Of a stretch of 32,000 nt of DNA, positions 1 through 9,164 are shown piece by piece (the stretch's first letter is position 1; every line of letters starts with the position of its first letter). This DNA comes from an uncultured Fibrobacterota bacterium (GTDB lineage: Bacteria > Fibrobacterota > Fibrobacteria > Fibrobacterales > Fibrobacteraceae): positions 7,742 to 39,741 of the forward strand of contig CAIRAY010000133.1 in assembly GCA_903876665.1 (NCBI GenBank), written 5' to 3'. The notes beneath the pieces were generated by a model that worked only from the letters and a program-made list of their open reading frames with translations, did not search any database and was not told the origin of the DNA. The position numbers were made by a program, and so were the translations under genes.

Positions 1-1
1 C

Positions 2-1279
2 GATCTGCAAACCTATCCGTACATTACCCTGGGCCGTCAAGTGTGGATGGCAAAAAATCTGAACTTCGACACCTTGGATGGGACCGGGAGCTGGTGCTAT
101 GAAAACCAGGCTTCAAACTGCAATCTATATGGGCGCCTTTATAATTGGAGCACATCTCTTGCGCTCCCTGCAAGCTGCAACAGTACGGCATGCTCAGCAA
201 GCATTCAAAGTCCCCATCGGGGCCTCTGCCCCTCGGGCTGGCATGTTCCCTCGGATGAAGAATGGAAGACGATGGAGGTATTCGCAGGAATGAGCCAAGC
301 ACAGGCTGATTCGACTGGATACCGGGGAACCGACCAAGGGACAATGCTTAAGGCCAATAGTAGCCTATGGTCAACCAATACGGGGTCCGATTCCTTCGGG
401 TTTTCTGCTCTACCTGGTGGTCTCCGGAGCGCTACCGATTCTTTTGCATTCGAAGGGACCTTCGCCCAGTGGTGGACCGCGACCGAAGCGGGTGCTAGCC
501 TCGGACAGCGTAGATATATTTACGCGGACCTCCCTACGATCCATAGGCAAAACTTGAACAAGTACGGAGGAAACTCCCTACGCTGTATCCGGGATACACT
601 CTTTGAAAATTGGAGCCAGTTCCTGAATCCAACCCTGACCTATGATTCCTTGGTCGACGGACGCGATGGGCAGGAATATGCCACAATCTGGATCGCAAGT
701 CAGCACTGGATGGCCCAGAACCTGAATTTCGGCCTGATGATTACGCCGACTGCAGGCCAGCGGGTGGATTCCCAAACTGAAAAGTACTGTGCAGGTGACT
801 CGGCCCAAAACTGCAGCGAAGGGCTGGGGGGACTCTACCAGTGGGCCGAAGCCATGGCTCTCCCATCGACGTGCAATAACATCAGCTGTGCGGACTCCAT
901 TCAGGCCGTCCACCAAGGAATCTGTCCTGCCGGATGGCGCATTCCCTCCCCAGCGGATTGGGATTCGCTGACCGCCCACACCGGTGGTAGTGCTTCTTCC
1001 GGAGCCCAACTCAAGTCCAATTCCACAGGCTATGCGGCTTGGAATTCCATCGCTTTCAACTCAGGGAATCCTCATGGGTTCTCAATCGTACCCGTTGGAG
1101 ACATTAGCGGGGTCAGTCCAGCTATAGAGTATAAGGGGACAGGCGCCATGTTCTGGCTTTCTGCAGAAAATTTGACATGGGGTTATGAGCGTCGTTTCAT
1201 GTCAAGCCTTTCTTCTGTCCAGGCCAATCAAGGCAACAACAAGATTCGGGCATACAACATCCGATGTATTGAAAATTGA
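2..1279 (+). CDS. FISUMP (Fibrobacter succinogenes major paralogous) domain protein, two tandem domains, 5'-truncated by window edge
   Basis: The frame is open upstream of the listed GTG at 41 to the window edge (..DLQTYPYITLGRQVWMAKNLNF). Two copies of WMA(K/Q)NLNF ... LY.W..A..LP..CN...C..SIQ..H.G.CP.GW..PS...W ... N.LRCI. Stop at 1277-1279. Confidence 0.85.
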   Translation, partial: DLQTYPYITLGRQVWMAKNLNFDTLDGTGSWCYENQASNCNLYGRLYNWSTSLALPASCNSTACSASIQSPHRGLCPSGWHVPSDEEWKTMEVFAGMSQAQADSTGYRGTDQGTMLKANSSLWSTNTGSDSFGFSALPGGLRSATDSFAFEGTFAQWWTATEAGASLGQRRYIYADLPTIHRQNLNKYGGNSLRCIRDTLFENWSQFLNPTLTYDSLVDGRDGQEYATIWIASQHWMAQNLNFGLMITPTAGQRVDSQTEKYCAGDSAQNCSEGLGGLYQWAEAMALPSTCNNISCADSIQAVHQGICPAGWRIPSPADWDSLTAHTGGSASSGAQLKSNSTGYAAWNSIAFNSGNPHGFSIVPVGDISGVSPAIEYKGTGAMFWLSAENLTWGYERRFMSSLSSVQANQGNNKIRAYNIRCIEN

Positions 1280-1289
1280 AGGGTTTCGT

Positions 1290-2912
1290 TTAAATCCCTC
1301 CCGAAACTTTGAGGGACAAGTCTCCACCGAACCAGTTGATTCCCTTCAAATCACGATGTTCGCGAACCCATCCTTCCAGGTCGATTTTCCAATGAGAACC
1401 TAAGGACCGTCGGATTAATGCACCCGCTCCACCCGCTCCGCCCACATGATCTTCTTCCATAGCAAACAAAACGCCTACCTGTGGGCCCATTTGAAACGAC
1501 CCCTTGGACCAGGAAATATCAAGGCGCGAATCACCGGCAAAGAAAGTATGGTCACGCGCTTCAGCCGTTAATCGATAACCCCACAAATACAACGGACTCT
1601 GCCTTCTTTGATCAAGCTGGGCAACCCATTGCCAATGGGCGCTTCCTTTTTCTGCCCCATATTTGTCACCCAATGCATAGACAAATTGAGTTTGTCCGAG
1701 TGTAGAGAATCCCTGTGCTTTCCTGGTTATCCGCAGGTATGAAATGAATAAATCCCCAAGTTCCGTGTCTGCATTTTCTCCCCTCCACTGGAACCCTGTT
1801 GCGGCATCAAGCTTGGTTCCAAGCAAAAATTCCCCCTGATAGCCAAGCAGACCCCCTGCAAATGCACCTGGAGAAGCCAGTGGATTTGAGATATCCAAAC
1901 TCCGGTCCAAGGTCTGGGTTGCGACCTGATAACGACTTGCGGTCCACTCAATGGAGGAGCCGCCCATTCCTCCCAGAGCCTCCAATGATATTCCTACGGG
2001 AGAAACCCATTGGGCACTAAACTGGGTGCGGTCACGACCTTGGATTTCGTTTTTTTGGTTCTGGTATCCTGCAAGGATTCCCGTGGATACTCCAAACCGG
2101 AAGGCTCGGTTAGGGCGAAAAATAATCTGAGCAGGTGCGGCGATTGCATCAAGGGAAGATTGGCCGTTTGACACCCGTCTTCCGTAATCCAATTCGAAAG
2201 AATAGGAAAGTTGTTCCAATGGGGGTTCTGGAATTTTTGGGGCAGATAGGGAAGAATGTGTTTGTTTTGCTTTCCCGTAGCGATGCCCTTGTCCCCACTT
2301 GGAATCCTGTAGTGCCAAGTTTGCATGGGCACCCACCCACCATAAAGTGTCTCCTTCAATTTTTGAATCCTCCAGCGTGGTGTTGGATGTCCCTTGAAGC
2401 CTCAGCACAAAAGAACTTCCTGCAAAACTGCAGTCATCAAATTGTAGGACTCCTGCTTCGGCCCAAACGTGATTGCCCACGCCCGAGAAATTTATTTTCA
2501 AGGCCGAAAGTTGCCCCCCTCTCAGATGAACTCCTACCGAATGATTCACCACCAGCTGTGTCTCATACATGAGGACCTGGGCTCCCTCCTGTAAAAGAAT
2601 TCCTTGGCTCATATTCTTTAGCCGGGCTCCCAAAAAAAGAGCCACTCCACCTCTTTCCACCTGAATTCCTTGACCTCCGTCCCATTGTGAAGTCATTCCA
2701 GAATCATTGGACATCAGCAAAACCCCATGGACACTCATGCCGGCATTTGGCGCAAGGACGATGGATGTCCCTCCATGAATTCGAAGAGTGTCACTTGCAG
2801 GGACGGTATAAATCGAATCCAAGCGAATCGCGCCACTCCAGTGCATGGTCGTTGCAAAGGTCAATTGGGCTAGACAGAGGCCCAGGCATATAGCGAAGGA
2901 ATGAAAGCTCAT
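1290..2912 (-). CDS. Secreted hypothetical protein: predicted N-terminal right-handed beta-helix-like region and C-terminal beta-barrel-like region
   Basis: Signal peptide MSFHSFAICLGLCLAQLTFA; N-half has repeated short strands (IQVERGGVALFLGARLKNMSQGILLQEGAQVLMYETQLVVNHSVGVHLRGG). C-half has alternating amphipathic/aromatic strands. Start overlaps the upstream gene's stop (ATGA at 2909-2912), with AGGGGG upstream. Confidence 0.6.
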   Translation of the reverse strand: MSFHSFAICLGLCLAQLTFATTMHWSGAIRLDSIYTVPASDTLRIHGGTSIVLAPNAGMSVHGVLLMSNDSGMTSQWDGGQGIQVERGGVALFLGARLKNMSQGILLQEGAQVLMYETQLVVNHSVGVHLRGGQLSALKINFSGVGNHVWAEAGVLQFDDCSFAGSSFVLRLQGTSNTTLEDSKIEGDTLWWVGAHANLALQDSKWGQGHRYGKAKQTHSSLSAPKIPEPPLEQLSYSFELDYGRRVSNGQSSLDAIAAPAQIIFRPNRAFRFGVSTGILAGYQNQKNEIQGRDRTQFSAQWVSPVGISLEALGGMGGSSIEWTASRYQVATQTLDRSLDISNPLASPGAFAGGLLGYQGEFLLGTKLDAATGFQWRGENADTELGDLFISYLRITRKAQGFSTLGQTQFVYALGDKYGAEKGSAHWQWVAQLDQRRQSPLYLWGYRLTAEARDHTFFAGDSRLDISWSKGSFQMGPQVGVLFAMEEDHVGGAGGAGALIRRSLGSHWKIDLEGWVREHRDLKGINWFGGDLSLKVSGGI

Positions 2913-3643
2913 GGTACCCCCTGAATCTGAATATGCAAAGTGCCCTTTTCTAAGGAAAAAGCAGGAGGGACTTCGGTGGCGGGGGGAGGTATGATTATAC
3001 TAGGAGTCGGCAAATCAGGCACGGGCAATGAGTTGTTTTGATTGGCCGATGAGACTCGATCAGCACTAAAATTTGTGGGAGCAGGTACAGTCGTTGCTTC
3101 AAGGACTTGCAGCTTTTGTCCTGGCTTTAATAAAATCCCACTCCCTTTTCCCTGGGTGGGGTTCACTTGTAGAGAGCCCTCCTCAAGTTCGATAATGCTG
3201 GATCCCGTAATTTCATCCACTGAAATTCTAAAGCGAGTGCCCTCTGCGCCAGCCACTGCAACCGGAGTCCTCACTTGAAAACGCCCCTTGGAATCTTTTT
3301 GTTTGACATCGAAGTCAAATTCTCCCCAGCGTGCAATCGTCTTCTTTCCATTCTTTTTCATTTCAGCAAGCACCAGTACCGAATTGGGTCCCATTTGCGC
3401 TCGACTCCCAGAATTAAATCGCACGACAAGTTCAGCCCGATCAAAGGTTTTTAGGCTGTCTCCTTCGACGACGTGGCTACCAAAATCCAGGCGTCGACAA
3501 TCCACGTTGGCTGCACAAGCATCAGCATGGTTTCGCACGGATACAATGGTTCCATTTTCCTCTTGAGCAAAAAGGAGGTGGGTAAGAACCCCAATAAGCA
3601 TGAGAGTCCTGAGCAGGGGAGAATGATTGTAAAGCGGTTTCAT
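2909..3643 (-). CDS. FecR-domain secreted protein
   Basis: GTIVSVRN...L..GSHVVEGDSLKT...AELVVRFNSGSRAQMGPNSVLVL...RWGEFDFDV...F.VRTPVAVAGAEGTRFRISVD...SIIELEEGSLQV is FecR-like. ATG at 3643 (MKPLYNHSP...) is preceded by AGGAG; the ORF can be extended to a GTG at 3679. Confidence 0.8.
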   Translation of the reverse strand: MKPLYNHSPLLRTLMLIGVLTHLLFAQEENGTIVSVRNHADACAANVDCRRLDFGSHVVEGDSLKTFDRAELVVRFNSGSRAQMGPNSVLVLAEMKKNGKKTIARWGEFDFDVKQKDSKGRFQVRTPVAVAGAEGTRFRISVDEITGSSIIELEEGSLQVNPTQGKGSGILLKPGQKLQVLEATTVPAPTNFSADRVSSANQNNSLPVPDLPTPSIIIPPPATEVPPAFSLEKGTLHIQIQGVP

Positions 3644-3675
3644 GAATACTCCTACGAAGGATAGTGTACCAATTC

Positions 3676-5949
3676 TCACGTTGGATTACGAGTGGTTAAC
3701 CACTTCGATAGCTCCTCATGATCCGCTTCCGGCATCCCTTCAAAACGTACCCGGATAGTCCATGGGGGCTGGCCATCGCTCACTTCCAGGATGTGGCTTT
3801 TCAGTTTTTCCATAACGATTCCATTGGGTAACTCAATGGAAATTTCAATGGAATCACCTGTTTTTGCCAAAATCATTGTGTTGCAGTATAATCCCCCGAG
3901 ACTGATGTTTGCAAGGACTGATTCGGAGTCGACTCCATTAGGGCAAAAAATCCTTGCAGGCCAACTGACATTATGGCGCATGGAGCCACGCCGGTCATTG
4001 CCTTCTAAGGACAGGAGGCCTGTTATGGAGTAGACACGAACAGGTTTAGCCTTTCCCTTTACTGCAAGCTCTTTGGAATGCCCGACAATGACCTTTTTTA
4101 CAATCTCCCGATAGGTAGAACTACTCACCAAAATTTCACCAGGTCCAGCAAGGGAACAAAGGCGCGCTCCCAAGTTGACATTGTCTCCAATCAGAGTAAA
4201 ATCCATGTATTGTTCCGAACCAATATTTCCCATGATCACAGGCCCCGTATTGATTCCAATTCCGATCTGAATATCGGGTTTCCCTTGTTCCGCCCATTTG
4301 ATTCGCAAAGTGGAGAGTGCTTCCTGCATTTCCATGGCTGTTTTGACTGCGCGCCATGCATGTTCCTCAGGATAGACGGGTGCTCCATAGTAAGCCATGA
4401 TTTCGTCGCCAACAAACTTATCGATAATTCCGTGATTGGAAAAAACGATAGGAGTCATTAGCGCCAAGTATTCATTGAGTTGTTCAACCACCTCAGTGGC
4501 CTCGTGGGTTTCTGAAATGCTGGTGAAGCCACGGATGTCAGAAAATAGAACGGTAACTTGCTCTTTTCGCCCACCCACCTTGGTCAGTTCTGGTTTCTCC
4601 AATAGCTGGTTCATGACTTCCTGGGTCACATATTTAGCAAACATGCCCTGGACCTTTTTCTTGATCACGCGTTCTTGGGCATATCTCGAAACATTATGCC
4701 ACACGAGCAAACCGATCCCAAGCAGGGTTGGCAAAAATATGGGTAAATGATAATGAAATACTATAAAGACAAACTGTGTCGTTAATAGATAAAGAGTTAA
4801 AAAGAGTAGGACTCCAACTTGCCAGCCAAGGGTGTCCCGATAGAGTAAAAGAGAGACCACGATCACTAAGGCGAGTATAAGCAACCAGTGTTGCAACCCA
4901 GAGAGAACTCGAATATAATTTCCCGAAAGTAATGTTTGCAATACGGCCATGTGCAGGCCAATGGCGGGATGGCGACTTTGCAAGGGTGTATTCACAAAAT
5001 CCGTCGAGTTCTGCCCTACGCGCCCTATCAGCAGAATTTTACCACGCAAATGCTTTAAAGAATCCATAGGAAGCAGGGGTTCAAGCCCTTCCATGACTTG
5101 CTTGTAGCTGAGGATAATTTCTCTGAAGGAATAGTGAGGCAGCGTCTCGTAGCGACCCGGCCAGTTCAAAATTAAATTTCCATTCCCATCGAGAGGAACG
5201 TTTTTCCCATTAGGCAGGCTCAGCTGATAGGAATCCATGGTAAGATCCTTGGCCTGCAAATGCATCAAGCGCAACCAAATTGACATTCCCAATTGGGGGA
5301 ACAAAAATTGATTGCATTCCAAGAATGGAGGGGTGCGTCGAATGACGCCATCAGGATCTTCAAAAATATTTACAAAACCCATGCCGGCAGAGGCCAAATC
5401 CAGTCCTTCCAAGGGTTCGGTAAGCAATCCCCGCATTTTGAGGTCGGGCCGAATGACCCCATTCGCGCGAACCTGATTGAGACCATACCCATGCTTGAGA
5501 ACCCCTTGGAAAGGGGAGTTGGGTAGCGTTACTGCATCCTCATAGGGTGAAAAGCGAAGAGGAAAATGGGTAAACCCAGCCTCCTGACTCATTTGCAATA
5601 AAAACTGATCCGAGTTCGACTCATTCGCTCCCACAAAGGAAACATCATACAAAAGAGCCTGAACACCGAGTTGACTTGCTGCATCAATGAACATTCCGTG
5701 TACTTGCCGCGGAAATGGCCAGGAACCAAACTCCTGCATGGCATCGTCGGCGATATCCACGATAATCAAAGAGGAATCGGTAGGAACATCTCCACGCAGT
5801 TGGAAGCGAAAATCAAGGAGTTTGTTTTCTGTGGTTGTTTGCCAACCCAATGCGATCACCAGGGCTGCTCCCACCACGGCCAATAGAGGCGGAAAGAACA
5901 CGCTAAGCTGGAAAAGCCACTTACGCTGTTTTTTAGTTGTTAGTTCCAT
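3676..5949 (-). CDS. CHASE2 domain - class III adenylate/guanylate cyclase - PilZ domain membrane protein
   Basis: N-terminal TM followed by a CHASE2-like extracellular region (DSSLIIVDIADDAMQEFGSWPFPRQVHGMFIDAASQLGVQALLYDVSF), then three TM helices. Cyclase core VTVLFSDIRGFTSISE...IIDKFVGDEIMAYYGAP...DFTLIGDNVNLGARLCS. C-terminal PilZ with RGSMR and NISLGG. ATG at 5949; a TTG at 5958 is an alternative start. Confidence 0.88.
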   Translation of the reverse strand: MELTTKKQRKWLFQLSVFFPPLLAVVGAALVIALGWQTTTENKLLDFRFQLRGDVPTDSSLIIVDIADDAMQEFGSWPFPRQVHGMFIDAASQLGVQALLYDVSFVGANESNSDQFLLQMSQEAGFTHFPLRFSPYEDAVTLPNSPFQGVLKHGYGLNQVRANGVIRPDLKMRGLLTEPLEGLDLASAGMGFVNIFEDPDGVIRRTPPFLECNQFLFPQLGMSIWLRLMHLQAKDLTMDSYQLSLPNGKNVPLDGNGNLILNWPGRYETLPHYSFREIILSYKQVMEGLEPLLPMDSLKHLRGKILLIGRVGQNSTDFVNTPLQSRHPAIGLHMAVLQTLLSGNYIRVLSGLQHWLLILALVIVVSLLLYRDTLGWQVGVLLFLTLYLLTTQFVFIVFHYHLPIFLPTLLGIGLLVWHNVSRYAQERVIKKKVQGMFAKYVTQEVMNQLLEKPELTKVGGRKEQVTVLFSDIRGFTSISETHEATEVVEQLNEYLALMTPIVFSNHGIIDKFVGDEIMAYYGAPVYPEEHAWRAVKTAMEMQEALSTLRIKWAEQGKPDIQIGIGINTGPVIMGNIGSEQYMDFTLIGDNVNLGARLCSLAGPGEILVSSSTYREIVKKVIVGHSKELAVKGKAKPVRVYSITGLLSLEGNDRRGSMRHNVSWPARIFCPNGVDSESVLANISLGGLYCNTMILAKTGDSIEISIELPNGIVMEKLKSHILEVSDGQPPWTIRVRFEGMPEADHEELSKWLTTRNPT

Positions 5950-6160
5950 AAATCTCAATCATGCGTGGATAGTCGTTAGAAAATACATTTTCTTGAAAAT
6001 AGTCGAACCAGTCCTGAAAGAATTTGGAAAGCCGAATTTACCTGGCCAAACAATGGGCCGTTAAGCAAAATGCCATGTAAATGGGAAAAATATGTGTTGT
6101 GTGTATTTCCCAAGAAGGAAGGGGGAACGTTTGCCGTAGTGTGGTTTCTTTCTCTTTCCA

Positions 6161-8479
6161 TCAATGCGGACTTCGTCCCAGCAAATCATAATGGCTTGTA
6201 GTACCTGCCCCAGAAAGTCCTTGTGGCGTTGTCTTGATGTTCACGGGGGCCTGGGTGTCGGTGAGGCTCAGCAGAACCGTGCGTCCAGCGTCGCGCCCCG
6301 TAGGAAAGGTCACGGCGATGGTGCTGCCCTGACTAGTCGCGTTCCAGTTGACGCCTGCGCCGGAGAGGTGCAAGTTGGTCTCGATGGTTGCCGAGTTTGC
6401 AAGGTGGGTGGGGTCCGCCACGGCAAGCTGCAGGGATGCTCCATTGTGGATAGCTATGAGAGTTAATCCTTTGCTCGCTTTGTAGATGGTTCCATCCGCC
6501 AGGGTTACGCTATCGGCAGAAAAGAAAACGCTACCCAGCCAATTTTGGCTTGTGACTTCGATGGATTGTACTTGGGCGGTGTTCTTGCGGATGGCAAAGG
6601 GTGCTGAATGGGTCCAGGTGGTAAAGGCTGTGCGGTCTAGGCCGGGCACAACGGCGTAGGCAAAACCTTTGCTCGTGCCTGCGGTACCGTGGTCGAACAT
6701 GGCAGAGAATACGGTCTTGGTAATTGGGGTGGCCGAGGCGCTGGTGCTTGTCAATTGCCAGGAGCCTGTGCGACTGCGCACTACCACTTCCATGCTCGCA
6801 GGGGTAGGGAACCAATAGCCGATGGTATCGTGCCAGAGCCACTGGATATCGGTGGCGGAGAGAGAATCTGTGAAGGCTGATGCCACAGAGGTTCCACGTT
6901 GCATCCAAACTTGTCCGGTAAGGAGTTGTTGGTCCACCGTGGTGCCGACCTTTTTAGTCTTGCTGTAATTGAATCCGGCCCCTAAAAAGACCGCAAAGCC
7001 ATTCACGAAGAATCCCGACTTTTTGCCGGTGATTCCCGAGACCGCATGATCATAGCCTACCGCAGAGGTTGGCCCGGAGGAGGCCCCGCCCGCATAGACG
7101 GTGTTGCCCATGTTGTTCTGCTTGCCTCCTGGCATTTGGGTGAAAATGGGGAAGGTATCCACCTGGTCTACGGTCAGGCCCGGCAGGCGAGCCCAATTCA
7201 TTACCGGGAAAATATTTGGATCCATTGCGCGAATATGGATCCAGTGGACCCCGTATGGTAAGAACCAACCCCGCAAATTTTCGCCATTCATCTGCTCGGT
7301 GCCAATATTGCGGTTGCTGACCGTGCGCCAGGCGATGTTGAACTTGGCCCCGTGGTAGGTGGAGTAGTCGCTGTTCCAAAATATCTTGGCCGCCTTGCTT
7401 GCCCAGGGCCATGCCCCGCCTCCTAGGTAGGTGTAGGCTTCTGCCAATTCGGCTTGCCGGTATCCACTGAAGGAGACGGCCTGCCAAGTATTGGCCAAAG
7501 TCTTTGCCGTGCCTGCACCGTGAGTGGTGTTGCGGGCGATCTCGCGCCCAAACACATGAGCATCGTAGCGACCTGCGAAGGTGGTGAAGGCGTGGCCATC
7601 GATCAGCTCGTCCACCAGCATTTGTTTGTCTCCCGCGGTCCAGCCAAAGGAGAGCCCTTCGGCAATGGCAAGCCAGTCGGCTTCTGAGGCCAGGAAGGAG
7701 GTGCCATAGCCACCGTTGTAGATCACTCCGTGCTGATTGAAGGCGCGGTCGCGCAATATGCCATCCACGGAGTCCACTTCGTTGCCTTCAGCGCGAAACA
7801 GGCGCATGGTGGAATCAATCACGGTGGGGTTATTTTGAATGGCGGATTTGTAGATGAGGCCTTCGCCTTCCCAAAACAGGTTTGCGCCCGTAGTCAGCTG
7901 CCCGGTGTAGGCTGGCCAATGGTTCAAGAGGGTAGGCACCATGCGGTTGGACCAACGGACCAAGGTCGTGTCAGGTAAAATGCCCCGCAATAGGAGCAGG
8001 GTCTTGCCATAAGGAATGGCTTCGCCGATGTCGTTGTGGAACCAGTTCGCGCTGAAGATGGGGCATGGGGGAGCAGCGCTCTTGAGGGTCACGCGGTCTA
8101 TGCAGGTAGCAAGGGTAGAGTAGCGGTAGCTGATGTAGAATTCAAAACCCAGCTTGATGCGGTCCAGCAGGTTGAACCCATTCCATGTGGTGCGCCCAAT
8201 GGTTGCGAGCTTCGCAAAGGCCTGTAAGCGGTTGATGTGGTTGACCGGTTGCCAGTTGTTGCGGGCAGTGTCCTTGTAGTTGATGTCGGTCCAAGAGCCG
8301 TTGGCCTGTTGTGATAAAAGCCAGGTGTGCACCGAGACGCTATCGACCGTTCCTTCGGTGGCCATGAGGTGCTGGTATTGGCGTGCCACTAGGGTGTCTA
8401 CTTCCCAAGACAAGGCTGCGGACCATGTCTGCGCAATGAGGACGGATAACACACAAACAGAAAAAAATCTCCAGCCCAT
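6161..8479 (-). CDS. Secreted polysaccharide lyase, PL8-like (hyaluronate/chondroitin AC/xanthan lyase superfamily)
   Basis: Signal peptide, then PL8-like motifs: NWFHNDIGEAIPYGKTLLLLRG, TGANLFWEGEGLIYKSA, VDGILRDRAFNQHGVIYNGGYGTSFL, NGENLRGWFLPYGVHWIH, and a C-terminal beta-sandwich region. Confidence 0.85.
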   Translation of the reverse strand: MGWRFFSVCVLSVLIAQTWSAALSWEVDTLVARQYQHLMATEGTVDSVSVHTWLLSQQANGSWTDINYKDTARNNWQPVNHINRLQAFAKLATIGRTTWNGFNLLDRIKLGFEFYISYRYSTLATCIDRVTLKSAAPPCPIFSANWFHNDIGEAIPYGKTLLLLRGILPDTTLVRWSNRMVPTLLNHWPAYTGQLTTGANLFWEGEGLIYKSAIQNNPTVIDSTMRLFRAEGNEVDSVDGILRDRAFNQHGVIYNGGYGTSFLASEADWLAIAEGLSFGWTAGDKQMLVDELIDGHAFTTFAGRYDAHVFGREIARNTTHGAGTAKTLANTWQAVSFSGYRQAELAEAYTYLGGGAWPWASKAAKIFWNSDYSTYHGAKFNIAWRTVSNRNIGTEQMNGENLRGWFLPYGVHWIHIRAMDPNIFPVMNWARLPGLTVDQVDTFPIFTQMPGGKQNNMGNTVYAGGASSGPTSAVGYDHAVSGITGKKSGFFVNGFAVFLGAGFNYSKTKKVGTTVDQQLLTGQVWMQRGTSVASAFTDSLSATDIQWLWHDTIGYWFPTPASMEVVVRSRTGSWQLTSTSASATPITKTVFSAMFDHGTAGTSKGFAYAVVPGLDRTAFTTWTHSAPFAIRKNTAQVQSIEVTSQNWLGSVFFSADSVTLADGTIYKASKGLTLIAIHNGASLQLAVADPTHLANSATIETNLHLSGAGVNWNATSQGSTIAVTFPTGRDAGRTVLLSLTDTQAPVNIKTTPQGLSGAGTTSHYDLLGRSPH

Positions 8480-8597
8480 AGGGACCCCGCTTCAAACAAA
8501 GCCAATCCATAAAGTATATCTAAAGGGGGGTGGGGCGGAAATGATTTCCGGGCACCCCGGTTCAAAACAATGGACAACGGGTCATATATGTCCCCGC

Positions 8598-8693
8598 GAA
8601 GACGAGGATCTAGGGCTGGGAGTCCCAGACCCTCGTCTTCACTTCGTTCGCGAGGGTGACGAGAGGGTCCGATTGCCGTGCCGGGCATGACAA
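8598..8693. repeat. REP/BIME-like intergenic palindromic element
   Basis: Perfect 10-bp inverted repeat GAAGACGAGG (8598-8607) / CCTCGTCTTC (8631-8640) enclosing CTGGGA-G-TCCCAG (8616-8628), then GCCGTGCCGGGCATGACAA (8675-8693). The reverse complement of that last 19-mer recurs at 31861-31879. Confidence 0.7.
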
Positions 8694-8765
8694 TCACATA
8701 AGGATGACATGCACAAAATATTGTCCTCGGCGACCGTTTGCTCCTGCAAAGCGAAGCCTCCCCAT

Positions 8766-9164
8766 TTAAGCGGTGGGAACTTCGGGCGCCTGGAATCCGT
8801 ATTTTTTTGACAGCTCGGTGAGTTTCTGTGCCAAAATGGCCTTTTGCACAGGTTTAAAAATGTATGCCTGCACGCCCGCCTGAACTGCTGCGACAATGTT
8901 CTTCTTGTCGCCTTCCGAGGTCTGGAGAACGAAGGGGATCTTCTCGAATTTTGGGGTCGCCCGCACATAGCGCAGGAACTCAAGGCCTGTTTCTCCGGGC
9001 ATGTTGAAATCCGAAATGATCAGGTCGAACATTTTTCCCTGCATCAAATTGCGGGCCTCGCTGACATTGTTCGCCTCAGTAATTTGTTTGTAACCGAGGC
9101 CACGCAACGCTTCAACAGTCATGAACCGAACCATTTTGGAATCGTCAGCGATTAGAATTTCCAT
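8766..9164 (-). CDS. cheY: Single-domain CheY-like response regulator
   Basis: MEILIADDSKMVRFM...FDLIISDFNMPGETGLEFL...FVLQTSEGD...AYIFKPV. Canonical D-D, D, T/S and K receiver residues. Confidence 0.88.
   Translation of the reverse strand: MEILIADDSKMVRFMTVEALRGLGYKQITEANNVSEARNLMQGKMFDLIISDFNMPGETGLEFLRYVRATPKFEKIPFVLQTSEGDKKNIVAAVQAGVQAYIFKPVQKAILAQKLTELSKKYGFQAPEVPTA

Noticed and set aside
8398-8697. ORF encoding MIVMPGTAIGPSRHPRERSEDEGLGLPALDPRLRGDI...
   Set aside because: Translation of a REP-like intergenic repeat; a phantom gene rather than a real CDS.
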